Assembly (NCBI RefSeq): GCF_000039765.1 | Contig: NC_004459.3 | Span: 2,481,127-2,513,126 of the forward strand | Origin: Vibrio vulnificus CMCP6 | GTDB lineage: Bacteria; Pseudomonadota; Gammaproteobacteria; Enterobacterales; Vibrionaceae | Direction: 5' to 3' | Length of the DNA stretch: 32,000 nucleotides | Shown here: positions 9,379-18,853 of the stretch, piece by piece | Position numbering within the stretch: the first letter of the stretch is position 1 | How the letters are laid out: each line of letters starts with the position of its first letter | The notes under the pieces: model-generated | What the model was told of the DNA's origin: nothing | The model's database searches: none | Seen by the model: only the letters and a program-made list of their open reading frames with translations | Program-made: the position numbers and the translations under genes

Positions 9379-9795
9379 GACAAGGCTAAATTTTAATATA
9401 ACTTCAATTTCGTTCTCTTTGGCAATTCGTTTTTTGGTTTCGGCAAATCAGCATTGTCGGCTCAAATCCTTGAATCACTCAAACCATAAAACATGCAAAA
9501 GTTCGTGAAGCTGCCTCATTAAAAATCGCATTTGGCCGAGGTAAGGTTTTCGGGCGTAAAGTGTGGAAAGGGCAGGTTTACGGAAAGTCGGTAATTGCTG
9601 ATATTTCGGCTCGTTGAATTTCTCACAATCAAAATCCAAATCTTCGCTTTAAAGCTGCGTTCCGCACTCGTGGTGACCTTTTTACGAAATGTTGAATCTG
9701 TCGGTTCTTGAATCACAAAAAGTCATCTGAGCGTTTGTAGTTTGTCGTGTTTAAGGTAATGTTTTCGTTAGCCAATTTAGCATTGCCGAAAAATC
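9373..9795 (+). other. Non-coding cassette body, family C
   Basis: Shares GGCTCAAATCCTTGAATC...TAAAACATGC and GGTTCTTGAATCACAAAAAGTCA with 14252-14710. Confidence 0.7.
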
Positions 9796-9920
9796 GCATA
9801 ACAAACAATTTAAGCAGATTCGCAACGCGTGGCAGTTTTGGTTTGCAGTGAGTTTTGCGTTTATGGTGCAATGCGGTAGCGTTTGTACTGCGTTGCTCAC
9901 TACTTAATTGGGCGTTATGT
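9796..9920 (+). repeat. attC site
   Basis: GCATAAC ... GTTATGT. Confidence 0.95.
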
Positions 9921-9934
9921 GTTTGGAGATAGTC

Positions 9935-10279
9935 ATGGCTAGGTATGGAGCTTTGTTCATGCTGCTTTTTGCTAGTTTTTCAAGTTTAGCGACAACCTTA
10001 GTGACAAAGAACTATGTTGTTTCGATAGCATCAAACTGCATGGAAGGCGAGGTTACTTGTGATGATGTAACTTATTATGGCAAGTCTAAGAAATCTGGTG
10101 ATGAGATTATTCTTAAAGGTCACACGTTACATACTCATTTGTCAGATGGTACTCCTTCAAAATTTTTGGGTTATAAGTTCACTAATAGTAACGTTGTTTA
10201 CATGATTTCAGATTCTGGTGTACTAACAGTAACTCAAGATGAAAAAGTTTTGGTGAGTGAGCAGGGGCAGTGGGACTAG
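9935..10279 (+). CDS. Small exported/periplasmic hypothetical protein
   Basis: N-terminal signal-like MARYGALFMLLFASFSSLAT; ORF-track start (9908) lies in attC. Confidence 0.65.
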   Translation: MARYGALFMLLFASFSSLATTLVTKNYVVSIASNCMEGEVTCDDVTYYGKSKKSGDEIILKGHTLHTHLSDGTPSKFLGYKFTNSNVVYMISDSGVLTVTQDEKVLVSEQGQWD

Positions 10280-10290
10280 TTGAACCACAC

Positions 10291-10416
10291 ACATAACAAG
10301 GCGTTAAAGCGGGATTCATGCCGCGTGGCATTTTTTGTATGCAGTAAGTTTTGGTGGTGAAGTGGTCTGCGGAAAGTTGGTTTATGCGGCATTCACCCCT
10401 TAACGCGGCGTTATGC
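10291..10416 (+). repeat. attC site
   Basis: ACATAAC ... GTTATGC. Confidence 0.95.
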
Positions 10417-10767
10417 TTAATCACGTAAAATCAGTGGTTTATGATTTTTCTTTGTTCCCTCGGCTTTTCAGTTTTGTGTTTGTCGGCAAGCCGGCTTTTT
10501 CGAGCGCTGTTTTTCGGACACTTATTCTTTGGCGCTAAAAACTCTGAGAATTGCCTCAATCAATTCTCGGGCAAGCGCGAAGTTAGGGCGGTTGGCTCAA
10601 TCAGAAATCCATTTCTAGGTTTTCAAACTTCAAACCAGATGTGCCAAAATTCCGAGCCTGATTATCAAAACTATGATTCATTTCGGTTTTCTACGTTTTG
10701 GCTTTTGTTTGTAAATCAAAGTCGAGTTAATCTTGGTTCTATTAAAACGTAACCCATTGAAGCTTAA
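10411..10767 (+). other. Non-coding cassette body, family A (TTATGCTTAATCACGTAAAATCAGTGG...)
   Basis: Seven related copies in window. Confidence 0.8.
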
Positions 10768-10894
10768 GCATAACAAGGCGTTTAAGTGGGATTTGGCACG
10801 CGTGGCATTTTCAGTTTGCGTTGGGTTCAGTAGTTACGGCACTGTGCGGTAGCTTTTGTATTGCGTGCCTGCACCCCTTAACGCGGCGTTAGTT
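10768..10894 (+). repeat. attC site
   Basis: GCATAAC ... GTTAGTT. Confidence 0.95.
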
Positions 10895-11248
10895 GCTAGC
10901 GAGAAAAACGCAGCTAAAGCAGAATGTTTAGGGCTAATGTTCGTGCATTTTTGGCTCGGTTTCGTATTCCAAATTTTAGTCTTTTAGGTTTGAGCAAATC
11001 AGCTTTGGTTTTTTGTGGTCGGACTTTCTGTTTCAGAAGCCAATTCACTTGTTGAGAGTCAGCTCTGTGATATTGTCTTTTCAAATGAGTTTTTTGGTGT
11101 TGTTAGGCTGTATTCAAAGGCGTTGTATGTTCCAAGTGGTTTCAGTGACAGGCGCTTGGAAACTGCGCCTGATTTGAGTTTTCCAAAATACGCAAATACA
11201 GTGTTGGCAAAGCGGCAATTAACTTCAAATCAAAGCTTTAGGTTTGGC
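10889..11248 (+). other. Non-coding cassette body, family B
   Basis: Closely similar to 571-935. Confidence 0.8.
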
Positions 11249-11375
11249 AACTAACAAAGCATTCAAGAGGGATTCACAACGCTTGGCAGTTTTGGTTTGA
11301 ATAGGCTTTAGTGATTACGGCACAATGGCTTAGGTTAGGTGGTGGCGTTGTTCACCCCTTAATGCGGCGTTATAC
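11249..11375 (+). repeat. attC site
   Basis: AACTAAC ... GTTATAC. Confidence 0.95.
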
Positions 11376-11393
11376 CTTATCGGAGAAAATTAC

Positions 11394-11912
11394 ATGGAGT
11401 TAGTTGTACCATCGCAAGAGTTTAAGTCTGCTTTTGAACGGTTCTATGAGGACTTTGCTCAAAACGATGTTGAAAATGCTGATTATTACCTTGAAGGTAA
11501 AGTTGATTTTTCCAAATATGTTCAGCGCTTGAGTGACGAAGCTAAGGGTATAAACTTACGTGACGGTTATGTACCATGTAGTCATTTCTGGCTGATAGAT
11601 AGTGTAAGGTCTATCCTCGGAGTTATTCGGGTTCGCCATAATATTGACAATGATTTCCTCTCTTTAGAAGGTGGGCATATTGGCTACGATATAGCCCCCT
11701 CATATCGTAGAAAGGGTAACGGTAAGTTAATGCTGAAGTTGGCGCTTTCGAAAGCTGCCGCTCTTGGCATCGAGCGAGCACTGCTGACTGCTGATGAAGA
11801 TAACTTTGCATCGCGTGGTGTTATCGAAGCTAACGGTGGTGAGTTTGAAAAAATCGTTATAGGTAAGATGTTTCCAAATCCTTTAGCTAGGTATTGGGTC
11901 AGCTGTAAGTAA
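11394..11912 (+). CDS. GNAT family N-acetyltransferase
   Basis: GYDIAPSYRRKGNGKLMLKLALSKAAALGIERALLTADEDNFASRGVIEANGGEFE. Confidence 0.9.
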   Translation: MELVVPSQEFKSAFERFYEDFAQNDVENADYYLEGKVDFSKYVQRLSDEAKGINLRDGYVPCSHFWLIDSVRSILGVIRVRHNIDNDFLSLEGGHIGYDIAPSYRRKGNGKLMLKLALSKAAALGIERALLTADEDNFASRGVIEANGGEFEKIVIGKMFPNPLARYWVSCK

Positions 11913-11914
11913 CG

Positions 11915-12041
11915 GTATAACAAAGCGTTTAAGTGGGATTTGGCACGCGTGGCATTTTCAGTTTGCGTTGGGTTCAGTGATTACGGCACTGTGCGGTAGC
12001 TTTTGTATTGCGTGCCTGCACCCCTTAACGCAGCGTTAGCT
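11915..12041 (+). repeat. attC site
   Basis: GTATAAC ... GTTAGCT. Confidence 0.95.
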
Positions 12042-12057
12042 TTACAAGGAGAATTGT

Positions 12058-12546
12058 ATGAAAGTTTGGTTAATTGAAGACGAGATTAAAGTCCAAGTTG
12101 CTCTTTGGTATTACAAAAAGCTGAAACCACAGTGCACGGAGGATGAAATTGAGACTACTTTAAAGAGGCTGATAAAACAGGGCTACAAAATCGCGTATCT
12201 AAATGATGGTGCGGATGATTATGGAATAGCCGGTTTTTTTCTTCGGGAAAATTTTTCTCATGGAAAACACCTTCATATTGAAGACTTGCTAACAAAGGGA
12301 GAAATCCAAAGTCATAACGAAAATTATCTAAACAATGATGTTTATTCCCATGTGGATCCTGATGAATATTATGGTGGTATTTTTCTTATAAAGTGGCTAA
12401 AGAAGTATGCTAGAGAAAATGGCTGTAGTCATATCAAGATTGATTCTTCAGTCAACGAGGTTTACTCACATAGATACTTATTAAAAACTGGTTTTGACAT
12501 TAAAGCACATGCTTGTTCGTTATTACTTCCACAAAATGAAAGCTAA
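12058..12546 (+). CDS. GNAT-like N-acetyltransferase
   Basis: GGIFLIKWLKKYARENGCSHIKIDSSVNEVYSHRYLLKTGFDI. Confidence 0.75.
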   Translation: MKVWLIEDEIKVQVALWYYKKLKPQCTEDEIETTLKRLIKQGYKIAYLNDGADDYGIAGFFLRENFSHGKHLHIEDLLTKGEIQSHNENYLNNDVYSHVDPDEYYGGIFLIKWLKKYARENGCSHIKIDSSVNEVYSHRYLLKTGFDIKAHACSLLLPQNES

Positions 12547-12666
12547 CAATCTGTTTAAGAGTGATTCGCAACGCATGGTATTTTTACTATGCGTTGCGTT
12601 TAGTGTTTAATATGGTGTGCAGGAGCTTCAGTATTACGTTGCTCACACCTTAACAGGGCGTTATGC
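12541..12666 (+). repeat. attC site
   Basis: AGCTAAC ... GTTATGC. Confidence 0.95.
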
Positions 12667-12995
12667 TTAATCACTTAAAATCAGTGGTTTATGTTTTTCT
12701 TTGTTCCCTTAGCTGATTTGTTTTGTGCTTGTCGGCAAGTTGACTTCATTGGGCGCTGCTTTTCGGACACTTATTCTTTGGCGCTGAAAATTCAGAGAAT
12801 TGCCTCAATCAGTTTTCAAGCAAGTGCGAGGTTAGGGTGGCTGGCTCAATCAGCGATTTGATCTTAGCTTTTTGAGTTTTAGCGGCCGAATTTCAAAACT
12901 ATGAGTCATTTCGGTTTTCTACGTTTTGGCTTTTGTTTGTAAATCAAAGTGGAGTTAATCTTGTTTCCAGAAAAACGTAACCCATTGAAGCTTAA
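12661..12995 (+). other. Non-coding cassette body, family A
   Basis: Similar to 10411-10767. Confidence 0.8.
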
Positions 12996-13121
12996 GCATA
13001 ACAAGGCGTTCAAGAGGGATTCATGCCGCGTGGCATTTTTGGTATGCAGTAAGTTTTGGTGGTGAAGTGGTCTGCGGAAAGTTGGTTTATGCGGCATTCA
13101 CCCCTTAACGCGGCGTTATGT
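12996..13121 (+). repeat. attC site
   Basis: GCATAAC ... GTTATGT. Confidence 0.95.
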
Positions 13122-13133
13122 GTTTAAGAGGAA

Positions 13134-13667
13134 ATGATGATTGATGTACGTTTAAAGCAATTTTGGTTGGATGAACTTAAAGCCTCGGCACATTTTTTAG
13201 AGGGGCTTTATCGCTCACAAGAGTGGCATGAACGACTAGAATATGAGGTTGAAAAATCGATATTTGTTGGGTTTTACGCTATCCGAAAATTGCGGGAAAA
13301 CGGGCATTTAGATCAAGGCGTATCCAGCCTTAATTGGACATTAACAGCTTACCCCTCTTCCGAAGAGGCAAAGTCAGAAAAGTGGATTCGTAATTACAAT
13401 CACAGTAAGGGCTTTGATAAGCAGTTTAGTCTAAAGAAAATTTGCCACCAATTTGTTCATAGTGTTCATTTTTCGCCATTTGTACCCGACGGGAACTTTT
13501 GTGTGGGCTTCTATTTTGTTTCTGACTACGACAGTAAGAAAGAATTGTATTATATTCAGTTGGTTAATGTTCTGAGTGTTTTTTTAAGTGTAGCAAGTGG
13601 AAAGAATGTGAAGCTAAAAGTTGAGCACAGTGAGAATAGTCTTTCTGTCAATTTAGCCAACACATAA
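13134..13667 (+). CDS. Hypothetical cassette protein
   Basis: 177-aa ORF filling the cassette, AGAGG RBS. Confidence 0.75.
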   Translation: MMIDVRLKQFWLDELKASAHFLEGLYRSQEWHERLEYEVEKSIFVGFYAIRKLRENGHLDQGVSSLNWTLTAYPSSEEAKSEKWIRNYNHSKGFDKQFSLKKICHQFVHSVHFSPFVPDGNFCVGFYFVSDYDSKKELYYIQLVNVLSVFLSVASGKNVKLKVEHSENSLSVNLANT

Positions 13668-13789
13668 CAAAGCGTTTAAGACAGATTCCCAACGCTCGGC
13701 ATTTTCGGTTTGCTTCAAATTTAGTGTTTACGGCACAATACTTTAAGTTTAGTGGTCTGCGTTGCTCACTACTTAACGCGGCGTTATGC
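13662..13789 (+). repeat. attC site
   Basis: ACATAAC ... GTTATGC. Confidence 0.95.
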
Positions 13790-14132
13790 TTAATCACGTA
13801 AAATCAGTGGTTTATGGTTTTTTTTGTCCCCTCTGCTTTTCAGTTTGGTGTTTGTCGGCAAGTTGGCTTTTGTGAGCGCTATTTTTCGGACACTCATTCT
13901 TTGGCGCTGGAAATGCAGAGAATTGCCTCTATCAATTCTCGGGCAAGCGCGAGGTTAGGGCGATTGGCTCAATCAGAAATCCACTTCTAGGTTTCTAAGT
14001 CTGAGTGGCCAGACTCCCGAGTCTGATCATCAAAACTATGAGTCATTTCGGTTTTCTACGGTTTGGTTTTTGTTTGTAAATCAAAGTCGAGTTAATCTTG
14101 GTTCTGGTCAAACTAAGCCATTGAAGCTTAAG
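13784..14132 (+). other. Non-coding cassette body, family A
   Basis: Similar to 10411-10767. Confidence 0.8.
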
Positions 14133-14257
14133 CATAACAAAGCGTTCAAGTGGGATTCATGCCGCGTGGCATTTTTGGTATGCGGTGATTTTTGCGGTGA
14201 AAGTGGTGTGCGGAAGGTTGGTTTAGGCGGCATTCACCCCTTAACGCGGCGTTAGGC
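14133..14257 (+). repeat. attC site
   Basis: GCATAAC ... GTTAGGC. Confidence 0.95.
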
Positions 14258-14710
14258 GACGGGCAGGAACGTTCTTTGTTCTCATCTTCTTTGTTCTCAT
14301 CTTCTTAGTTCTCATCTTCTTAGTTCTCTTTGAGCATTCGTTTTTCTAAGTCGGCAATTTGGTATTGTCGGCTCAAATCCTTGAATCTCTCCAACCGTAA
14401 AACATGCCAAAATTCGTGGGTTGCCTCATTATTTTTCAGTGTTGGATGGCGGTGAGTTTGACTTGCTCAAAGTGTGGCAAGGGCAAGTCAATTGAGGCTT
14501 TCGATTTCGCTGCTAGTTTGTCGCTTTGGCATTTTCGGGCTCAAATCCCGCTTTGTTGCTGAAGGTCAGCATTTCGTGGTCGTTGGAATTTTGGCTGAAA
14601 TATAGTGATATTTTGGTTCTTGAATCACAAAAAGTCAGTGGGTGTTTGGTTGCTTATTCGGTTTCGGGTAATCTGCTTTCAAACAACCTTAAACCCCGCT
14701 GGGAAACTTC
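14252..14710 (+). other. Non-coding cassette body, family C, with internal 15-bp tandem repeat
   Basis: Shared segments with 9373-9795. Confidence 0.7.
14276..14328 (+). repeat. Tandem repeat, 15-bp unit TTGTTCTCATCTTCT, ~3.5 copies
   Basis: Units 14276-14290, 14291-14305, 14306-14320 (TAG variant), partial 14321-14328. Confidence 0.95.
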
Positions 14711-14838
14711 GCCTAACAAGGCGTTTAAGGCGGATTCACAACGCTTGGCGATCTCAGTTTAAATTGAATTTAGTGTTTAAGGTACAATGGTTTAGGTTTG
14801 GTGGTTGGCGTTGTTCACCACTTAACGCGGCGTTATGT
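14711..14838 (+). repeat. attC site
   Basis: GCCTAAC ... GTTATGT. Confidence 0.95.
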
Positions 14839-15172
14839 TTAATCACGTAAAATCAGTTGTTTGCACTCTTTTTTGTTCACGTAGCTTTCAAGTTTTTCCC
14901 TTGTCGGCAAGCTAACTTCAGTGGTCGCTGTTTTCTGGACTCCTATTCGCGGGCGCGAAAAATTCAGAGAATTGCCTCATTGAAATCCAGTGTGTTGGCG
15001 AGTGTTCTCTATCCCAAAGTTAGAGTTCCAGTTTTCGGTTTTTCAAGCTAAAACTCAATGTTAGTAAAATCGAATTTATGAGTTAATTCAGTTTTTTAGC
15101 TTCTGGTTTTGGTTTTCAACGCTAAGTCGAGTTAAGCTCTTGGTTTCGTAAACTTAACCCTTTGAGCCTTAA
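14833..15172 (+). other. Non-coding cassette body, divergent family A
   Basis: TTATGTTTAATCACGTAAAATCAGTTG... related to family A. Confidence 0.7.
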
Positions 15173-15299
15173 ACATAACAAGGCGTTTAAGTGGGATTTG
15201 GCACGCGTGGCATTTTCAGTTTGCGTTGAGTTCGGTGGTTACGGCACTGTGCGGTAGCTTTTGTATTGCGTGCCTGCACCCCTTAACGCAGCGTTAGGT
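15173..15299 (+). repeat. attC site
   Basis: ACATAAC ... GTTAGGT. Confidence 0.95.
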
Positions 15300-15313
15300 A
15301 TTCAGAGGGAACT

Positions 15314-15958
15314 ATGGAAAATTACAAATCCTTGATTGGTCATTTGCCTGTAGCAGACCATGCTATTGGCACAAAACTAGCTACTTGGGAAAAGTATCAA
15401 GAGAGCCACCCAGAAATCTGGAATACAATACAGTCTATATTTTCTGGTGAACTGGAGGTAAAACTATGCAGGCAAGACCTCAAAGACATCGCAGACACTC
15501 AGGATTACAACAAGTTAATAATAGCAACGATTCTATGGGGCTACTCATCGGGTATGAGAGGCAACAACTTCTCAAAGATTGTCAATAAATTGCCTGAAAT
15601 AGCCTCTTTGTTAAAGTGTGCATCGCAAGGTATTGATGACTGGAAAATACACTACAACAAAGTAAAAGAAATTAGTGGGTTAGGTTTGTCTACATACTCA
15701 AAATTTCTCTATTTTGTTGGAGGTAAAATTGAGGGGCATGAGCCACTAATTTTGGACATACGTGTAATTGAAGCTATCAATACAGGTATTTATAAAGAGT
15801 TTGTTTGCATGAAGCGTATAACTTATACAAATGCCCCAAACCTTTATCCTGAGTATCTGAAAATTATGAACGACTTTGCACTATCTTCAGAGTGCACAGC
15901 AGCACAGGCAGAGATGTTTTTGTTTATGTTTGGGCAAAATCTAAAACAACATACTTAG
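15314..15958 (+). CDS. Putative HhH / 8-oxoguanine-glycosylase-fold (OGG-like) protein; stop codon supplied by inserted IS
   Basis: WGYSSGMRGNNFSKIVNKLPEI...KEISGLGLSTYSKFLYFVGG...PLILDIRV pattern; ORF end overlaps IS copy 2 by 5 nt. Confidence 0.6.
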   Translation: MENYKSLIGHLPVADHAIGTKLATWEKYQESHPEIWNTIQSIFSGELEVKLCRQDLKDIADTQDYNKLIIATILWGYSSGMRGNNFSKIVNKLPEIASLLKCASQGIDDWKIHYNKVKEISGLGLSTYSKFLYFVGGKIEGHEPLILDIRVIEAINTGIYKEFVCMKRITYTNAPNLYPEYLKIMNDFALSSECTAAQAEMFLFMFGQNLKQHT

Positions 15959-17044
15959 TATCAAGTTTGAAGTGCGACACTTTTTACAGATGCGCATGAA
16001 TATACTCCGTTGGTGTCCTATACCCAAGTCTTTTGCGTGGGCGCGTATTTAATTTGTGTGCAATTTCATTGCAGAGCTTCTGTGTTACGTGTGACATAGA
16101 AGTTCGTTTTGGTAAGTATTGTCGTATCAAACCATTGGTGTTTTCATTAGTCCCTCGCTCCCATGAATGGTATGGATTTGCAAAGTAAAACAGACAGTTA
16201 TGATGTTTTTCCAGTTGTGCATAACCATGAAATTCAGTGCCGTTATCCGCAGTTATCGTCTTAAAAGGTAAGTCAGAGCGGGTCATGATTTTGCTCATTC
16301 TTACGTTGAGCGACTCGCTTGTTCTATCGTCCATTTGCCCTATAAAAGTGTAGCCAGTCATTCTGTCGACTAAAGTTACGATACAGTGCTTGGTTCCGCG
16401 GCCAACGACGGTATCAATTTCCCAATGGCCAGGCTCATTTCGATGCTCAGCTTTTGCAGGTCTTTCGGTAATATGACGCTTTGCTGCCAGCCGACCTCGG
16501 CTGTCTTTTGAGTTATATCTTTTGCGCCTTTTCTTGGTCGATTGGCGTAGATGTTTCCATAGTGTTCCACCGAGAGTTTTGTCGTTCCAAATATGCTGAT
16601 AAATGAGCTCGTGGCTCATTGTTGGATAGCCTCTTACCCTTAGGTATCCGACGATTTGGTCAGGGCTCCAATCCAGTCGTAGCAAGGCTTCAGGTAACCT
16701 GAAGTCGATTTCGCTATAGCGCTTGTTTCTGCGCGAGCGGCTTAGCCGGTTGCGAGCCATCTGTTGGGCTCTCCATGCTTGATAGGAGAACCTTCTAAAG
16801 TGTCTGTTGTATCGGGAATTACGTTCAATTTCTCGATAGATAGTAGCTTTGTGACGACCTAGTTGTTTAGCTATTTTAGCGGTACTAATTCCTTGCTTTC
16901 TGAGCGCAGAAATCATATACCTTTCGTTCTCAGTGAGGTGCGTGTATCTCATGTTTTTTACTTCTTGGCGGGAGCAAACTTCATGATTATCGCATCTCAC
17001 TGTTTTTATGTTCAGAGGTGTCGCACTTCGTACTTGAATCCAAG
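15954..17044 (-). mobile_element. IS30-family insertion sequence, copy 2 (1,091 bp), 3-bp TSD ATA (15951-15953 / 17045-17047)
   Basis: Same termini and ORF as copy 1; TSD visible. Confidence 0.95.
15984..16952 (-). CDS. IS30-family transposase, identical to copy 1 (ORF extends to 17000)
   Basis: Identical translation to 8190-9206 ORF. Confidence 0.95.
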   Translation of the reverse strand: MRYTHLTENERYMISALRKQGISTAKIAKQLGRHKATIYREIERNSRYNRHFRRFSYQAWRAQQMARNRLSRSRRNKRYSEIDFRLPEALLRLDWSPDQIVGYLRVRGYPTMSHELIYQHIWNDKTLGGTLWKHLRQSTKKRRKRYNSKDSRGRLAAKRHITERPAKAEHRNEPGHWEIDTVVGRGTKHCIVTLVDRMTGYTFIGQMDDRTSESLNVRMSKIMTRSDLPFKTITADNGTEFHGYAQLEKHHNCLFYFANPYHSWERGTNENTNGLIRQYLPKRTSMSHVTQKLCNEIAHKLNTRPRKRLGYRTPTEYIHAHL

Positions 17045-17046
17045 AT

Positions 17047-17174
17047 ACCTAACAAAGCATTTAAGAGTGATTCCCAACGCTTGGCATTTTTCATTCCATC
17101 GTTGGGTTTTGTGTTTAAGGTGGTATGGTCAAGTTTCGTGGTAGCGTTGCTCACACCTTAATGCGGCGTTATAA
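17047..17174 (+). repeat. attC site (IS copy 2 immediately upstream)
   Basis: ACCTAAC ... GTTATAA; ATACCTAAC pairs with cassette start TTAGGTAT. Confidence 0.95.
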
Positions 17175-17197
17175 AGATTAGGAGACTTTCACGATAA

Positions 17198-17830
17198 ATG
17201 GACTTAGTTGTTGAGTTACTAAAAAGTGGTGATTACTGGATTGCGATTGTTGTAGTGATCGTAACTATTGCTATAAATGCTCCTAGAGTAACCGAGTACT
17301 ACTTCTTGCTTAGAAAAAATAGAATGGCTCAAATTTTATCTGCTTTACAAGAACCGAGTGTCTCGGAAGAACTAAAGACTCATTTAAAAAACGAGCTAGA
17401 TATTGAGTGTTTTAAAGGTATTCATGGTACTCGTGTTAGTTTCCCAATGTTAAAAGCAGTTTATGTACTTAATGAAAGAGTTGGGGCGACGGTCTCTTTC
17501 AGACATGTTTTGAAAACAGTCCAACTTTTACCTGATATTTCAGGTGTAGAACTTTTGTCGTACCGGATCAGATTAAATATCCTAGATAAGGTTATTGCTT
17601 CTTATAATTTGGTGTTTGGATTGCTGATAGCTGGCTTTGGGTTCATAACATTTTTATTATCGATTTACTCCATTGTTACTGGATTTGAGCCAAGCCTTAT
17701 TATTTCTGGTGTTATCTTCCTACCATTAGGCTTTTATATGCTCAATGATGGTAGTGCCTTGTTTTCTGTGTATCACATCAATAGAGCACTCAATGACTAT
17801 GAAAAGGCAACTGAGAAAAAATCTTTATAA
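17198..17830 (+). CDS. Hypothetical membrane protein (N-terminal TM, C-terminal TM pair)
   Basis: Hydrophobic stretches IAIVVVIVTIAIN and LVFGLLIAGFGFITFLLSIYSI...LIISGVIFLPLGFYML. Confidence 0.8.
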   Translation: MDLVVELLKSGDYWIAIVVVIVTIAINAPRVTEYYFLLRKNRMAQILSALQEPSVSEELKTHLKNELDIECFKGIHGTRVSFPMLKAVYVLNERVGATVSFRHVLKTVQLLPDISGVELLSYRIRLNILDKVIASYNLVFGLLIAGFGFITFLLSIYSIVTGFEPSLIISGVIFLPLGFYMLNDGSALFSVYHINRALNDYEKATEKKSL

Positions 17831-17950
17831 CAAATTGTTCAAGAGTGATTCGGCACGCGTGGCATTTTTACTATGCGTTAGTTTTAGTGGTTAAGGTGGT
17901 ATGCGGGAGCTTCGGTATTGCGTGCCTCACACCTTAACAAGGCGTTATGC
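17825..17950 (+). repeat. attC site
   Basis: TTATAAC ... GTTATGC. Confidence 0.95.
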
Positions 17951-18295
17951 TTAATCTCGTAAAATCAGTGGTTTAGTGTTTTTCTTTGTTCCCTCGGCTT
18001 GTTAGTTTCGAGTTCGTCGGCAAGTCAGCTTCATAGGGCGCTATTTTCTGGACATCAATTCTTTGGCGCTGGAAATTCAGAGGATTGCCTTAATCAGTTT
18101 TCGCGTAAGCGTGAGGTTAGGGCAGTTGGCTCATTCAGAACTTTGAACTTAGGTTTTTGAGTTTTAGTAGCCAAATTTCAAAGTCAGATTTTCAAAAATC
18201 ATGAGTCATTTCAGTTTTTTAGGTTTTGCCTTTTGTTAACTAATCCTAGCCGAGTTAATCTTGGTTTTGGTAAAAATGTGGGCGTTGAAGCTTAA
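17945..18295 (+). other. Non-coding cassette body, family A
   Basis: Similar to 10411-10767. Confidence 0.8.
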
Positions 18296-18422
18296 GCATA
18301 ACAAAGCGTTAAAGTGGGATTTGGCACGCGTGGCATTTTTAGTTTGCGTTGAGTTCGGTGGTTACGGCACTATGCGGTAGCTTTTGTATTGCGTGCCTGC
18401 ACCCCTTAACGCGGCGTTATAT
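18296..18422 (+). repeat. attC site
   Basis: GCATAAC ... GTTATAT. Confidence 0.95.
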
Positions 18423-18450
18423 GCTTCCGTCAGTAGAAGGAATAGAACTT

Positions 18451-18657
18451 ATGTCACTCTATGAGAAACGAAATAGCAATTCGCAGCAAGAAGACGCGAT
18501 GTTAGTTGCTTCGGATTCTTGGTTTACAGTCAAATTTGCCCAGGAAGCAGCAAAGTCTTGGAAGCGTATTATCTTACTCTTCGTTGTTGCCATTCTATGT
18601 TTGTTTGCACCAGCATTGGGCCTTATTGTATCTGCAATTAATGCTTTGTTTTCGTAA
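18451..18657 (+). CDS. Small single-TM hypothetical protein (68 aa), copy 1
   Basis: MSLYEKRNSNSQQEDAMLVASDSWFTVKFAQEAAKSWKRIILLFVVAILCLFAPALGLIVSAINALFS; near-identical copy at 19359. Confidence 0.75.
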   Translation: MSLYEKRNSNSQQEDAMLVASDSWFTVKFAQEAAKSWKRIILLFVVAILCLFAPALGLIVSAINALFS

Positions 18658-18728
18658 ATACATAGGGAATCGTCTGAAAGGTAGGTAAGTGCCACTTAAA
18701 GAAGTCGTATTTTCATATTCAAGTACGC

Positions 18729-18853
18729 ATATAACAATAAATTTAAGCAGATTCGCAACGCTTGGCATTTTTGGTTTGAGTCAGCTTTTGTGTTTACGGC
18801 ACAATGCTTTAGGTTAGTGGCAGCGTTGCTCACTACTTAATTTGGCGTTATGC
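18729..18853 (+). repeat. attC site
   Basis: ATATAAC ... GTTATGC. Confidence 0.95.

Noticed and set aside
9908-9934. Upstream extension of the ORF at 9908
   Set aside because: Starts within the attC; ATG at 9935 begins a signal-peptide-like sequence.
10441-10752. 103-aa ORF in a family A cassette
   Set aside because: Corresponding ORFs in sister copies are truncated or frameshifted; looks like chance Ser/Phe/Leu-rich translation.
14526-15051. ORFs 14526-14762, 14605-14850 and 14857-15051
   Set aside because: Overlap attC and repeated non-coding cassettes, low-information translations.
8190-17000. Composite transposon formed by the two IS copies
   Set aside because: Each copy has its own 3-bp TSD (TTA/TTA and ATA/ATA) and intervening DNA is ordinary cassette array, so two independent insertions are the simpler reading.
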